Assembly (NCBI GenBank): GCA_965644315.1
Contig: CBFFRQ010000062.1
Span: forward strand, 496,001 to 560,000
DNA: 64,000 nucleotides
From: Caecitellus pseudoparvulus
Taxonomy: Eukaryota > Protista > Bigyra: Bicosoecida
Reading direction: 5' to 3'
Shown: positions 45,599 through 56,475 of the stretch, one piece after another
Layout of the letters: each line of letters starts with the position of its first letter
How positions within the stretch are numbered: the first letter of the stretch is position 1
Made by a program: the position numbers and the translations under genes
Notes under the pieces: model-generated
Seen by the model: only the letters and a program-made list of their open reading frames with translations
What the model was told of the DNA's origin: nothing
Database searches by the model: none

Positions 45599-48500
45599 TC
45601 ACTGCACGCGGGACCCCCGCAGCCCGATGACGAGCTTGGCGGACTTGTCAGCAGAGCCTGGCACACTGGTTGACCGCACCACCAGCTCTCGCAGTCTGCC
45701 CAGCGCCACTGACACGTGGCCTTTCTCCACCTCATCCACGCACACGTGGTAGCACTGGTCCAGCACAGTGGCCAGCCGCCCTGCCACACGCAGCACCTCC
45801 TCATCTCCCAGGCGAGCGTCAGGAATGGCACCCACAGCGCGCCACAGTACGTGCGCGGCAGTGCGGCGGAACAGCGGCAGGTGTTCGCGCTCAGCTGCCG
45901 CCATGGCAGGAGAGGGCCACTTGACCCCACGCAGGAGCAAGGCGGCAGCCACCTCCACCACCTCAGCCACGCAGGGCATGGTGCAGCTGGCGTGGGGACA
46001 GGCGCCAGCCAACGCCTCCACAGCACGCCCCGTCACGGACAGGTACCCTGCGCGGGCTTCTAGCTCCCGCACGGCGCCGTCGTCTCCCTCTTCCAGGCGC
46101 CCCTGCACATGTGCCACCCGAACAGGTAGGGGCTGCGTGGCCCGGCGCAGAAGCACGGCAATTGCTGCGGGAGCCAGGCTGGCGAGCGCGACGCCTGCGG
46201 CCGGCAGCGCTTGGTCCAGCGCCTCCACTTCCTTCAGAGCTCGGGAGCTGGTGAGGGGTTGCCGCTGCAGGGATGCCAGCATAAACTGCAGCGTGGTGTC
46301 TGCGTCGGCGGCCGTGCACGTGGCCAGCACGTGCTGTGCGGCACTGTACACGAAGCTGTCGCCGTTTCCGAGCTGGGCGTGTGCCAGCGCGGCAATGTGT
46401 TGCACGAGGCCCGCAGCACGAACCTGGGCAGGGCATTCTTCCAGCATGTTCGCAAGGTCAGCCAGGGCACCGCCACGGAACGCCGCTTCTCGCTCCAGCA
46501 GCATGGTGCTGTTGGTGTGCACGCGAGCACGCAGCGCGTCCAGCGCCTCTGCCTCTGCCTCGCCCGCACCCCCCTCGCCATCCCGACCAAGGGACAGCAC
46601 GCTTGTGAACAGTGCAGCTGACATTTCTTGAACATGTGCCGCCGGGTACTGGCGCAGGGCGGCCAGTGCAGGCAGTGTGCTGCGCAGTTGGCGCACGTCT
46701 GCCGCCTGGGTGGCCGAAATGCCGCCCGCCAGCATGGCTGTCAACAGCCCCAGGCACAGCGTCAGAAGCTCCTCGGCGTCCTCCCCCCCATCACTGGCGT
46801 CCCCTTGATGGGGAGCCAGGTCAAGTGCGCCTTGCAGCAACGTGCGGATGGCAGCCACAGTGACAGCTGCAGAGCGCAGGATGAGTGGACCGGCCTGCTC
46901 AGTGAGCAGCAACAGGCCGCGAAGCAGTGCCTGTGTCGATTGCAGGCTGCGCTGCCCTGGGTGCGGGGTGGCCGTGCGCCGTGTGGTCGACCGGGCGACC
47001 ATGAGGGGTGTGCCACCATCGTCGCAGCCGCCGACCACCTCCTCTGCGCCTGGCAGTGCCGTGTGCAGGTCGCCACCACCGGCGATGGCGCTTGCCACGG
47101 CGCGCCGAACGTCCACATACTCCCGCAGCAAATCGTTGAACACCTCAGCCGCCAAGTGTTCGTTCTGTGATGAAGACTTGCAGACGCTCGGCAAGATGGC
47201 GACGAGTGGGTGTTGTTCCCCGTGAGACGGCGCAGAGCGCAGTGCGCCAGCTGACACGAACACGCCGCCTTGCCCCTCGCCTTCCGGGCTGCCGAACACC
47301 AGGCGGCTGCCGGGCTTGGAGGCACAGCGAGGAAGCCAGGCAGCTGTGTCCTGGAACGCCTGCCCTGTCAGCCCGAACACCAGCACTGCACGGGCGGCGG
47401 GAGCTGGTGCGTTTCGCAAGAAGGCAGTCAGCAGCTCCGCGAGCGCGCTCGTCGCTGAAACGCCCCGCGCGGACACGTGTGCCAAGGCGAGGGTCCAGCC
47501 TGCTGCAGCATGTGTCAATGTACCCCACACTTCTGGAGTCACAACACCTGCCATGAGGATGCGATGGCATGTTTCTGCGCTCAGCAGCAGTTCCGTCTGC
47601 GGCGCAGCGCTGTCTGCCGCGTCGATGGTGAACCGAAACATCCACTCCCAGGGGGCCAGCAGAGGGCTAAAAAATGCCTGTGTAACGGCTTTCCAATGTG
47701 GCTTGCGCTGACATGCAGCCAGGTCTGAGGCGTGTGAGGCAGCGTGTTTGGCGGCGAGGGCTCGCCAAACTCGCAGCATGGTTTGGGCAGCGGCGTGCTG
47801 CACTGCATCAAAGTCCCCGCCCTTCAGCTGCACGAGGGAAATCAAATCAGCAGCCACAAGGGGCAGGGCCGTGGGTGGAAGTGTACTGGCGAGCAGCAGC
47901 GGTGTCACGCGGCGCACAACCCCCTCGCAATCGTGAGTCTGCACCCCCCGCACCAGGTACTGCAGCACAGCGGAGCACCCGCCCTTCTCACACATGGCCA
48001 GCGTGAGCTGGCCCCCGACGTACGCCACCATGGTCTGTGGAGGAGGTGTGTGCCCGCCACCGGCGCCTCGTAGGGCTTGAAACAGGGCTGGCACGCGCAC
48101 ATGCAGGGGCAGCGCCGGTAGAGGAGGCAGGGGCGGTTGGAGCAGGAGAGGCGAGGCAGCTGCCAGGTGAGCGAAGCAGGCATCTTGGACGCGGTCTGGG
48201 ACCCCCTCGGCAACGCAGCCAGCGCGCAGGGTGTCCAGGAAACTGCACGCCTCTGCCTTGGGCGGCAGCGCTGCAGCTGCGATGGCTCGCGTTGCGCCAG
48301 CCAGGCGTGCCAGAGACGGCCTTGCCCCTGGTGGAGCAAGCACACCTGCTGGCAGGTGCGGCAGCAGGTAGTACGCTGTGCAGGTGTCCAACAAAGCCAT
48401 CAGGGTGCCAATCAGTGTCACAGAGACTGTTCCTGGCGCCTCGGCGGGGTCTGGCTTGGCCAGCGTGTGCAGGAGAGCCTGCCCCAGCAGCTCCGCAGCC

Positions 48501-48625
48501 TGCAGCAGGAAGGGAGCTTCTTCTCCCTCAGGAACTGGTTTGGCCCCTTTTTTGATCCAAGATCGGGCGGCCCTCATCCATTGGGGCACGTCACTGCCCG
48601 CCTGCAGGGCCGCGCCCGCCTGCAT
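45599..48625 (-). CDS. TANGO6: TANGO6/Rtp1-like HEAT-repeat protein
   Basis: RTP1_C1-like LLEREAAFRGGALADL...AQLGNGDSFVYSAAQHVLA and C-terminal LFRRTAAHVL. First plausible ATG at 48625. Confidence 0.7.
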   Translation of the reverse strand: MQAGAALQAGSDVPQWMRAARSWIKKGAKPVPEGEEAPFLLQAAELLGQALLHTLAKPDPAEAPGTVSVTLIGTLMALLDTCTAYYLLPHLPAGVLAPPGARPSLARLAGATRAIAAAALPPKAEACSFLDTLRAGCVAEGVPDRVQDACFAHLAAASPLLLQPPLPPLPALPLHVRVPALFQALRGAGGGHTPPPQTMVAYVGGQLTLAMCEKGGCSAVLQYLVRGVQTHDCEGVVRRVTPLLLASTLPPTALPLVAADLISLVQLKGGDFDAVQHAAAQTMLRVWRALAAKHAASHASDLAACQRKPHWKAVTQAFFSPLLAPWEWMFRFTIDAADSAAPQTELLLSAETCHRILMAGVVTPEVWGTLTHAAAGWTLALAHVSARGVSATSALAELLTAFLRNAPAPAARAVLVFGLTGQAFQDTAAWLPRCASKPGSRLVFGSPEGEGQGGVFVSAGALRSAPSHGEQHPLVAILPSVCKSSSQNEHLAAEVFNDLLREYVDVRRAVASAIAGGGDLHTALPGAEEVVGGCDDGGTPLMVARSTTRRTATPHPGQRSLQSTQALLRGLLLLTEQAGPLILRSAAVTVAAIRTLLQGALDLAPHQGDASDGGEDAEELLTLCLGLLTAMLAGGISATQAADVRQLRSTLPALAALRQYPAAHVQEMSAALFTSVLSLGRDGEGGAGEAEAEALDALRARVHTNSTMLLEREAAFRGGALADLANMLEECPAQVRAAGLVQHIAALAHAQLGNGDSFVYSAAQHVLATCTAADADTTLQFMLASLQRQPLTSSRALKEVEALDQALPAAGVALASLAPAAIAVLLRRATQPLPVRVAHVQGRLEEGDDGAVRELEARAGYLSVTGRAVEALAGACPHASCTMPCVAEVVEVAAALLLRGVKWPSPAMAAAEREHLPLFRRTAAHVLWRAVGAIPDARLGDEEVLRVAGRLATVLDQCYHVCVDEVEKGHVSVALGRLRELVVRSTSVPGSADKSAKLVIGLRGSRVQ

Positions 48626-49064
48626 GACGGCGCAGAGTTTCGTCGTGAAACGCAAGCTGCAGCTTCTTGTCGAAGCATGAGAGTATGGTAAAAAGCTGCA
48701 CAAGTGGCGCTATGGCAGTGAATCTAAGGGACGGCTCTGAATGATCGTGGTTTCATATTTGCCCTCGCTGCGCTGCTGCAAATGGAGTGCGCGTTCTGCC
48801 GAGCTGAGGAATCAGTGCATGGGCAAGGCACAGCCCGCTGCAGTGGCTGAGCAAATCACATATCATCCAAGAACCAATTCGAAGTAAAAAAAAGATGTAG
48901 TAGGAATGCACCTGTTTTGTGCTGCAGCGTCTTCCATCATTCACACGCTTCCAGGCAGGGTCGCGGGCGGGCAGCGGTTATTGGCCCACCACGCCGACTC
49001 CCGGCTATCGCGGCTCGCAACTGAGAGGAGCAGGCGAGTGCTTGTCCACTGGAGGTACACCAGC

Positions 49065-51027
49065 ATGGCAGCTGCAGGGGAAGGTGGTGGTCCTCGTGGA
49101 ACGGCTCTGCTGCGTTCTCTGCGAGGCAGTGCCCTGGCAGAGCTGGCGTCGTACTTGGACCTGCACACGTTTGTGCGCCTGGCTCGTGTGGTCAGCAAGG
49201 AGACGACGGCCGTCCTGGAAGAGTTCCGAAACGTGTGGCTCACTCGGCTGCAACTTGACTGCGGTGCGTCGTCTCTTCCCTGCGCCCCGCCGGGCCTTGG
49301 TCGGCACCCTCCCGCCCCTCTGCGCAGGGCACATCCCCCCCTCTCTGCGGGGCAGAGGACGAGGGCGAAAGGGGCGTAAACGCAAGGGCAGCGCCAGTGC
49401 CGCGGAGACTGGCCACCAAGTGGCGCAGTTGTACTGGGAACGCCTGGCAGCGCTGCTGGCTGAGCGGCAGGCGCTCGGTGCGGACTTCGACTTGGCGGTG
49501 TTTTCCTGGGCGCACCCACAATCCCTCATGCAGGGTCGGAGTTACGAGGCGGCAGCAGGCGCAACGAAGGGAAAGGCACCCCAGCCCATCTTCGGCCCAG
49601 TGCGAGGCATCCTGTCCTGCGCGCTGACGGACCAGCTGACCTGCACAGCGGGGCAGTGGCCCACAGACCCGCGTGAGCCACAGGCCATCGCGGCGCGAGG
49701 GGCGGTGGCCACAGGCGGCTACGTGGTGCCCTTCGAGGAACGCGGGCAGGAGGCTGAGGCCATGATCGCAGGGCACCGTACAGGGGAGCGCGTCAGTCCT
49801 TGGGAGCGAGAGGCAGTGGGGCTGGCAGAGGCTGCAGGTGAGGCTGCCGCGCCGCTGCCGGCAGCTGATGCGGAGAGGGCGCTGACGACGCACTTCACAC
49901 AGGCGCGGCCGCTGGTGTACACTGAGCAGGCCACTGTCATGCTGCCTGCAGCAGGCTTGTTGTGCCAGCACAGGCAGTCGGTGCTGGGTTTCACCGCCGA
50001 CCGCCTGGCCGCGCTGCTGCCTCCAGTGCGTGGGGCAGATGCCGCCGCACATGCGACCCGCCCTGCACCTGACGCACACGATGTGCAGCTGCGGGTAGTG
50101 GCGCAGCGATTTGTGGACCCCGACAAGAAGGGTGTTGCATCCCTGCAGAGCACTGGGAAGGCCACAGTGCCAGTGCTGGCCCGGCTGCTCCGAAAAGGGG
50201 AGGCGGCCCAGCCCGAAGCAACGCCTGCTGAGCTGCAGGAACTCGCCTTGAAGGCCCCTGCGCGATACAGACCTTGCGAAGATCAACACCGCAACCGCCT
50301 TCCACCGCTTGTGTGCCACCTTCGGAGCCGAGACTTGAGTGCCAAGGCTCAAACAGGAATTCGCCAGGGCTGGCCAGCCATCGGCTGCACGGAGTGCATG
50401 ACGCTGGTAATGCTGCCCCCTCTCGCCGTCGCGAAAACCCTGCACGCTCAGTGCAACCCCCTAGTCCACCTTTCCAAGCTGAACCTGGCCCTGTCCTCTG
50501 TCAGGGATGCGGAGAGCTTCTGGGCCCAGCAGCTCGCCACGCAGGCCAGCTGTGACCCAGAATTCGCCAGCAACATCCGGGGCGTCGTTACAGCAGTCAA
50601 GAACAACGCAGTGTTGCCACACTGTCTCTGGGACACGCAGTGGGAGGAGTTCCCACAGGAGCCGGGCCTTGCAGCAGGCGCTGCAGTGATGCCGCCGCTG
50701 GAGGCTCAAACGAGCACGAGCAGCGCAGTGGGCGATGGCGGGCAGTCCTCGACTGCGCTGCGCCACGCCCAGGCGGCCCAGGCGGCCATGCACAGCCTGC
50801 CTGAACAGCCATACACAAGCCCTATTTTGTACGCGCGAAATAACTTCTCAGCGTTGCCCCTGGACCAGCTGCGGGAGCTCGCAGCGTTGCAGGCGGCAGA
50901 CTCTCTCGACCCCCGGCGTCCACCTGCGCTGCACCTGCCAGGCACCACCTCGGATGTGGACCCAAAGCTCAGCAAGGTCCCTACCTTCTTGTGGCAGGCA
51001 AAGATGAAGGACGACTACGATTGGTGA
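49065..51027 (+). CDS. F-box-like protein of unknown function
   Basis: LLRSLRGSALAELASYLDLHTFVRLARVVSK...W resembles an F-box. A phase-1 intron at 49264-49327 joins the long ORF. Confidence 0.5.
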
Positions 51028-51131
51028 GGCTCCCTGCAGTGTGGATTGTAGCAGCTGCAATGCACTGGCTTACAGCTTTGTACGGGACAGGGCTTGCAAG
51101 GTGTGCAAGCGCAGCGGTTGAAAATTGCCGT

Positions 51132-54100
51132 TTACTGTGTCCCGGCGCCCGTTGCGCTTGGGGATCCAGCCGCCAGAGCACTTTCAAGGGCTTGCGCAAG
51201 GTCTGGGGTACTGGGGACCTCCGAGCTCCAATGTGGCGGGAATGCAGGCAGGGCAGCGCGGCAGTGGATCATGGCCGCAGGCTGGAAGGAGTCAGATGCC
51301 GCGGCTACTGCCGCCGCGTCGGCTTCAGCAGCTGCGGACTCGGCGAGGCATGCGTCTTCTAACAGTTGCCGTGCGTCGTTGAAGTGGTTGACGGCGGGAT
51401 TCAACTCGGCAAGCACTCCCTCCAAAATGCTGCGCTTCGCAGGGTGCCCTGGCAAGACCGAGCCCATTGCGTCTCGATACGCAACGCCGTCAAAGAAGAC
51501 ACCCGGCGGAAGCGGCGCGCCTTGGCTGCGCTGTGCCACAAGGCGCTGCTGCGTTGGGCGGGGAATGTCACCAATCGCCCACGTTGGCAGCGTAGCGGGC
51601 ACAGCAGGAGTGGCGGCGTGGAGGGTTGACAGAAAACTGGGCAGTGCCTTGTCCACGTCCACAGGTCCAAGGCATGTGATGGCGATGGACCCTGGCACAT
51701 GGGCGCCAGATGTGCGGGGCGTGCACGCGCCTGCAGCAAAGACTACATCAGGGGCGCTGTCTGCTGGCCACAGGTGAACGCCAGCGCGAGCAGAGCCAGC
51801 CACAGCATACCACACAGGGCTGGGGGCGCCCGAGTCGGAGAAGATGAGGGGCAAGACGGCGTGGATGTGGGTGACAGGAGAGCCAAGTGGCGGTGCCTCG
51901 GTGCCAGCTGGCCACAGGCAGCGCTCAGGCGAGTCAACGCCAGGAGTGTCCACTAGCAGCGCTGACAGCGCGCGCAGTGCCCGGGTCCCGTCAAGAGGAC
52001 GGTGCACACTGACTTCAAGGACAGTCACGTCCCATGCAGCGGGGCAGTCCTTGCTGTCCGGGTGGCATTCTGGCAGAGGCGTCGGCTGCTGCACTGGGAC
52101 TGTTTCAGCGACATCCCTCACCCACTCCAGCGGCAGCGCCAGGTCCCAACCCTGGTGCCCGACGCTGCCATCAATGAGCCCATCCCGCGTGACCCGCTTC
52201 CCGGCAGGATGTGGAATGCTCTGCAGTCGCACGTTGGGGTTGACGTTCGCAAGCCAATCGCGGCCGAGGTCTCGCATCGTGTCCTGTTCAGCCGTCAGCC
52301 CCAAGGCAGCCTGCAGCTTCGCAGCCTTGGCTTCTGCATGCGCTTGCAACGCGACCTGTTCCTGCACCTCGCCGCTGGCTGCGGTGGCGAGGGGCAGAGA
52401 TGGCGTGCTGAAAGGTGAGCCGCCGCCCGCCGCTAGCACCCGTGACAGCGCGCCAGTGCGGGGCACGGGAGGGGGCAGGGCGGCCACTGGCTTGGGAGCA
52501 GGTGCCCTTGCAGGGGCTTTCGCGCTGGGCGGCTGCAGTATGACAGCGTGCTTGGTGGCCGGGTGACACATCCAGGAGCGCACGTCAGCGCGCACCTCCC
52601 CACCACGCGTGGATGTCCACGTGTCGGCCGGGTCCAGCACCGGGACAATGCCTTGCACGACGCACATGGCACGGCCGGGCACGGGCCATGCAGAGTCAGC
52701 GAGTGCCGCACACCGCCGTGCCGCGGGAGGGCCGCACTGCGACGCGATGATGCCTGCGACGAGGCCAGCGTCGGCTTCTGGCGGCAGCACGAGTGCGATG
52801 CGGAGGGGGCGGGGTGGATCGGCGAGTGCGATCCGGATGCCGCTAGGCTCCAAGGCGATGCGAGAGGGCGTTGCTGGCGCGTCAGGCAAGGAAAGGGCGG
52901 TGAGGGCCTGGGAGAGTGCGCTCTGCACAGCAGCTCGAGCGTGGGGCGCGGGGCCCGTTGGCCACGAAGTGCCCCTCGTCGAAACGCAGTGCTGGCCAGT
53001 CAGGGACACAGCAGGGGGCGACAGTGACACGTGGACCACTGCCCAGGCATACTGCTGGCTCGTGGCTCGTGCCATGGCAGCGGCAACGGCGGCGGTGTTG
53101 GCAGCGTTGGGCCCCGCAAGGAGTGAGACACCCACTGGCATAAAAGACGGAAGCACCTCTGTGCTGTGGCCCGTGCTGCTGTCGTGCGAAGCGGGCGTTG
53201 CCGCGGCACACGTGACGTGTACCAGGGCCTGGCAGGCGAGAGTCCTGCTGACGCTGACAAGCGGCGACAACACCGCCCCTGTACTGGCAGCGGCGCGAGG
53301 GTCCAGCGAGGAGCCGCTCAGGAACAGAGGGGAAGCGATCCCAGAAGCTGCAGGTGCGGCAGCACCTGCGCCAGCATTTGGGGAAGCTTCACTAGCTGAT
53401 CGCAGCACCAAGTCTCGAGCTTCTGCAGAGGCTGCCATGCTGGTCGTCCACGCCGGCATGCGGCCTGACAGCGCCCCTCGCACGGGGTGGCTGGCTGGGA
53501 GAACCACACACAGCACGATGGCTGCGGGAGCCGCGCCAGTGCTGCCGAGCCCCAAATCTGCCAGGTCAAACGAGTCGGGCGCAGCGGGGCCTGTGACGGC
53601 GGCAACCGCTCGTGCCAGCGCTGCACTGTGTGCGGGCAACTCAGAAAGCTGCTCGCAGGCACTGGTCAGGTCCGACTGCAGGGCGGATGCCGTGCCGCTC
53701 GTGTGCAACTCCAACGCCAGAACAATGGGGCAGTCTGAGTCGGGGCTGTCTGGCCGGGAGGGTGGCAGACTGTTCCCTGTGCCAAGCAACACTTGCGGCA
53801 GAGTGCGGCCCGCCTCGTCAAAAGCTCGGCCGGTGGACATGTGCGAAGCCAGGCACCCTGCCACGGCGTCCACAACTCGAGCGGCGCGGCCATGAGGTGC
53901 TGCCGGTAGCCCGACCGTTGGCGATGCCGCCGCCAGCCTGGCCAGCAGCTGCCTGTGCTGCCCGGCAGGTGCCGACAGCAGCATGTGCGACAGGTTGCGT
54001 CTGGCCGGTGCTAGGTCTGCGACGCTCAGCATGCGTGCGCCAGTGACATGCCTCTGCATGGACAGCGGCAAGATGCCGAGGGCTGGTGCGTGCAGGCACA

Positions 54101-56069
54101 TGCCGTGCTCGTGCAGAGAGACAGATGCCAGTGCATGCACTGCAGAGTCCAGCACGCCGCCACGATCGTCCAGCGACAGTGCACAGAGCACGGCGTGTGA
54201 ACTGCCACCAACAGTGTCCAGCGGGCGCCCTGATCGGCAGCGCATGGTGCCGGCATCTCCTGCCAAGGCCGCTGCTGCAGTGGGGGGTGGTATGGGGGCA
54301 CCGAGGGCCAACAGCGTGTCGCGTTGGGTTGACGGGCCCCCCATGCACACGGTGATGATCGCATCAGCTGCTTCTGCGACTTCGGCGCCACATAGAAACG
54401 TCGGACTCTGGGGAAGGGTGCTCGTGAGGGTGCTGTGCGTTGCTGCGGCCGCGGCGGTGAGAGTGGCGGTCGGCTCCGCATGGCCAGCTTTCACAGCCCA
54501 CCTGCGCATGCAGGCGCAGGTGCCGGTGGGATTCGCGCACTGGCATTCCTCACTGAGAGCTCGGGAGAACGCATCCCAAGGCACTGCAGCGGCTACCGCC
54601 GCCGGTGTGGCTGCAGGCCCTGGTGGCGGAGTTGCTTTGAAACTGGACGTGGCGCCGCTGCGCGTTACGGCCCGGGCCAGCACAGAAACGGGGCGGGCCA
54701 GCTCCGACGCGGTCGACCAAGTGGGGCAAAGCACGATGCTGTCACACACGCGCAGGGCGCAGCACGCGGCAGGCAAGCGCGGGCATGCGAGCAACGATGC
54801 CGTGACGGCCAGGACGCCGGAGCTGGACGGGGCTTCGCCCAAACTGCCGTCGAATACGACATTTCCATCCGGTGCTGTCAGTACAGCCTGGAACTGTACG
54901 TGTTCATGCGTCATGGGAGTCGGCAGGTCGCATAGAGCAAGCCAGGGCGCTAGCGACTCTTGTAGCGCTGGCTGCTGCAGCGCCCTGCCCACGACCTCTG
55001 CAAAGTCACTGTCAGCGCGGGAGGCACGTGCCACCCCATGCAGGACACTCTCAAGTGCGCTATGGAGGATGTGGCTCACAGCTCTGGCCGCGTTGGCCGC
55101 GGAAAGTGCGTCAGGCCGTGCGGTCAGGATGATCCTGCTGGCAGCACACCCCGACATGGCGTCCCGAACGCCAACACACAGCGCAGACAAGTGGTGCAAA
55201 GGCACATCCATAGCACAAGATGCTTCTATCAGGTTGCCAGACGTGGTTATGCCCTGCAGCCAGGTGAGGTTGTTCGCTTCCGCCCGACTGTGAGCTTCCC
55301 ACGCCATTCCCTGCAGCTCAGCAAAGGTGAGCAGGCTGCTGAAGGCAGTGGACACAGGGAGGTCGTTGCGAGAGTGGGGAGCCATGTCAGCAAGCGGGCC
55401 GAGGCTGCTGGTCCACGCGTGCAGGAATGCAGGCAGTGCCTGTGCCCACAGCCAAGCGGCCCATGCGGCATCTGGCAGCCGCAGAGCAGCTGAAGCAGCC
55501 TGGGAGCCGTCCAAAACGTCATGCAACTGTGTGAAGAACCCACTGGCTCCCATTTCCTGCAGAGCTGACGCCTGCACAAGGGGCCAGGTCTCCGGCGCAC
55601 TGTCTGGTCCAAGCGGCAACTGGCGAGGTCTGGCACCGGAGCCAGCAGGAAGGGGCGTGAGCACTCGAAGGACGCCATGACACTGCGTCCTCAGGCGAGC
55701 CATGGTAGCCATGAAGTGTTTCACTTTGAACGCCTCCAGCTCATCGCCGTTGGGGGACTGGTCACACAGAAGCCCGCTCTCCCACACCAGCCGGCTGCCG
55801 TTGCCGCCCGACAACGGCAGGCGCTCTTGGGAGTACAGGAAAAGGTGCGGGCGAGGAATCAAGCTAAGCACAGCAAACGCAGCATCACCTTCAGAGCTCA
55901 GCGAGAAGGCTTGGCGCTTGCCGCCATTGCTCCCCAGCAGCAGTCCCATCAGCTGCTGCATTGGCAGTGTGAAACGCCCGTCAACGCCAGGCAGGATGAG
56001 CAAGCAATGGCTACTCTGTGCGTGCACCGACGCGCACACGGCGTCCAATACAGCAACCTCTCTAGACAT
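51132..56069 (-). CDS. DNAAF9: Dynein axonemal assembly factor 9 (Shulin/C20orf194) homolog, divergent
   Basis: LLILPGVDGRF, ELEAFKVKHF, ETWPLVQASALQEMGASGFFT and C-terminal PLPPGVFFDGVAYRDAMG...HP match family motifs as I recall them. Confidence 0.7.
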   Translation of the reverse strand: MSREVAVLDAVCASVHAQSSHCLLILPGVDGRFTLPMQQLMGLLLGSNGGKRQAFSLSSEGDAAFAVLSLIPRPHLFLYSQERLPLSGGNGSRLVWESGLLCDQSPNGDELEAFKVKHFMATMARLRTQCHGVLRVLTPLPAGSGARPRQLPLGPDSAPETWPLVQASALQEMGASGFFTQLHDVLDGSQAASAALRLPDAAWAAWLWAQALPAFLHAWTSSLGPLADMAPHSRNDLPVSTAFSSLLTFAELQGMAWEAHSRAEANNLTWLQGITTSGNLIEASCAMDVPLHHLSALCVGVRDAMSGCAASRIILTARPDALSAANAARAVSHILHSALESVLHGVARASRADSDFAEVVGRALQQPALQESLAPWLALCDLPTPMTHEHVQFQAVLTAPDGNVVFDGSLGEAPSSSGVLAVTASLLACPRLPAACCALRVCDSIVLCPTWSTASELARPVSVLARAVTRSGATSSFKATPPPGPAATPAAVAAAVPWDAFSRALSEECQCANPTGTCACMRRWAVKAGHAEPTATLTAAAAATHSTLTSTLPQSPTFLCGAEVAEAADAIITVCMGGPSTQRDTLLALGAPIPPPTAAAALAGDAGTMRCRSGRPLDTVGGSSHAVLCALSLDDRGGVLDSAVHALASVSLHEHGMCLHAPALGILPLSMQRHVTGARMLSVADLAPARRNLSHMLLSAPAGQHRQLLARLAAASPTVGLPAAPHGRAARVVDAVAGCLASHMSTGRAFDEAGRTLPQVLLGTGNSLPPSRPDSPDSDCPIVLALELHTSGTASALQSDLTSACEQLSELPAHSAALARAVAAVTGPAAPDSFDLADLGLGSTGAAPAAIVLCVVLPASHPVRGALSGRMPAWTTSMAASAEARDLVLRSASEASPNAGAGAAAPAASGIASPLFLSGSSLDPRAAASTGAVLSPLVSVSRTLACQALVHVTCAAATPASHDSSTGHSTEVLPSFMPVGVSLLAGPNAANTAAVAAAMARATSQQYAWAVVHVSLSPPAVSLTGQHCVSTRGTSWPTGPAPHARAAVQSALSQALTALSLPDAPATPSRIALEPSGIRIALADPPRPLRIALVLPPEADAGLVAGIIASQCGPPAARRCAALADSAWPVPGRAMCVVQGIVPVLDPADTWTSTRGGEVRADVRSWMCHPATKHAVILQPPSAKAPARAPAPKPVAALPPPVPRTGALSRVLAAGGGSPFSTPSLPLATAASGEVQEQVALQAHAEAKAAKLQAALGLTAEQDTMRDLGRDWLANVNPNVRLQSIPHPAGKRVTRDGLIDGSVGHQGWDLALPLEWVRDVAETVPVQQPTPLPECHPDSKDCPAAWDVTVLEVSVHRPLDGTRALRALSALLVDTPGVDSPERCLWPAGTEAPPLGSPVTHIHAVLPLIFSDSGAPSPVWYAVAGSARAGVHLWPADSAPDVVFAAGACTPRTSGAHVPGSIAITCLGPVDVDKALPSFLSTLHAATPAVPATLPTWAIGDIPRPTQQRLVAQRSQGAPLPPGVFFDGVAYRDAMGSVLPGHPAKRSILEGVLAELNPAVNHFNDARQLLEDACLAESAAAEADAAAVAAASDSFQPAAMIHCRAALPAFPPHWSSEVPSTPDLAQALESALAAGSPSATGAGTQ

Positions 56070-56475
56070 GCTTTGCTGGTCGCAGCTGCTGCCTTTCGCC
56101 TCTGTCCGAACAACTTGGCCTGCTCAAGCCTGAGGCCAGTGGCATGAAACTCGCCGCTAGCGGCGCACTGAAGCGCTTGCAAATCCGCCAAGCAGCTGCA
56201 AGGCGACGAGAGGAAGGAGTGGAGCATACCGATATTTAGATTTGTATTCCACGGCTTCAGATAAATTATGTCAACGCTCAAGGCCCTTGCTTTTGGAGGA
56301 GACGGCGCGGAAGTGCAATTGCAGAGCCGGCGTTTCACGTTGGCAAGCCGTGCATTCAGCTGACCTCGTCAATTCCCCAATACACGTCCAACTTTGCCGC
56401 TACACTGTGCCCCAGTACAGCAAGGTCATTGGACTGCTGTGGCCCAAGTCAGCTGGTTCACGCGCCCTGTGCATC

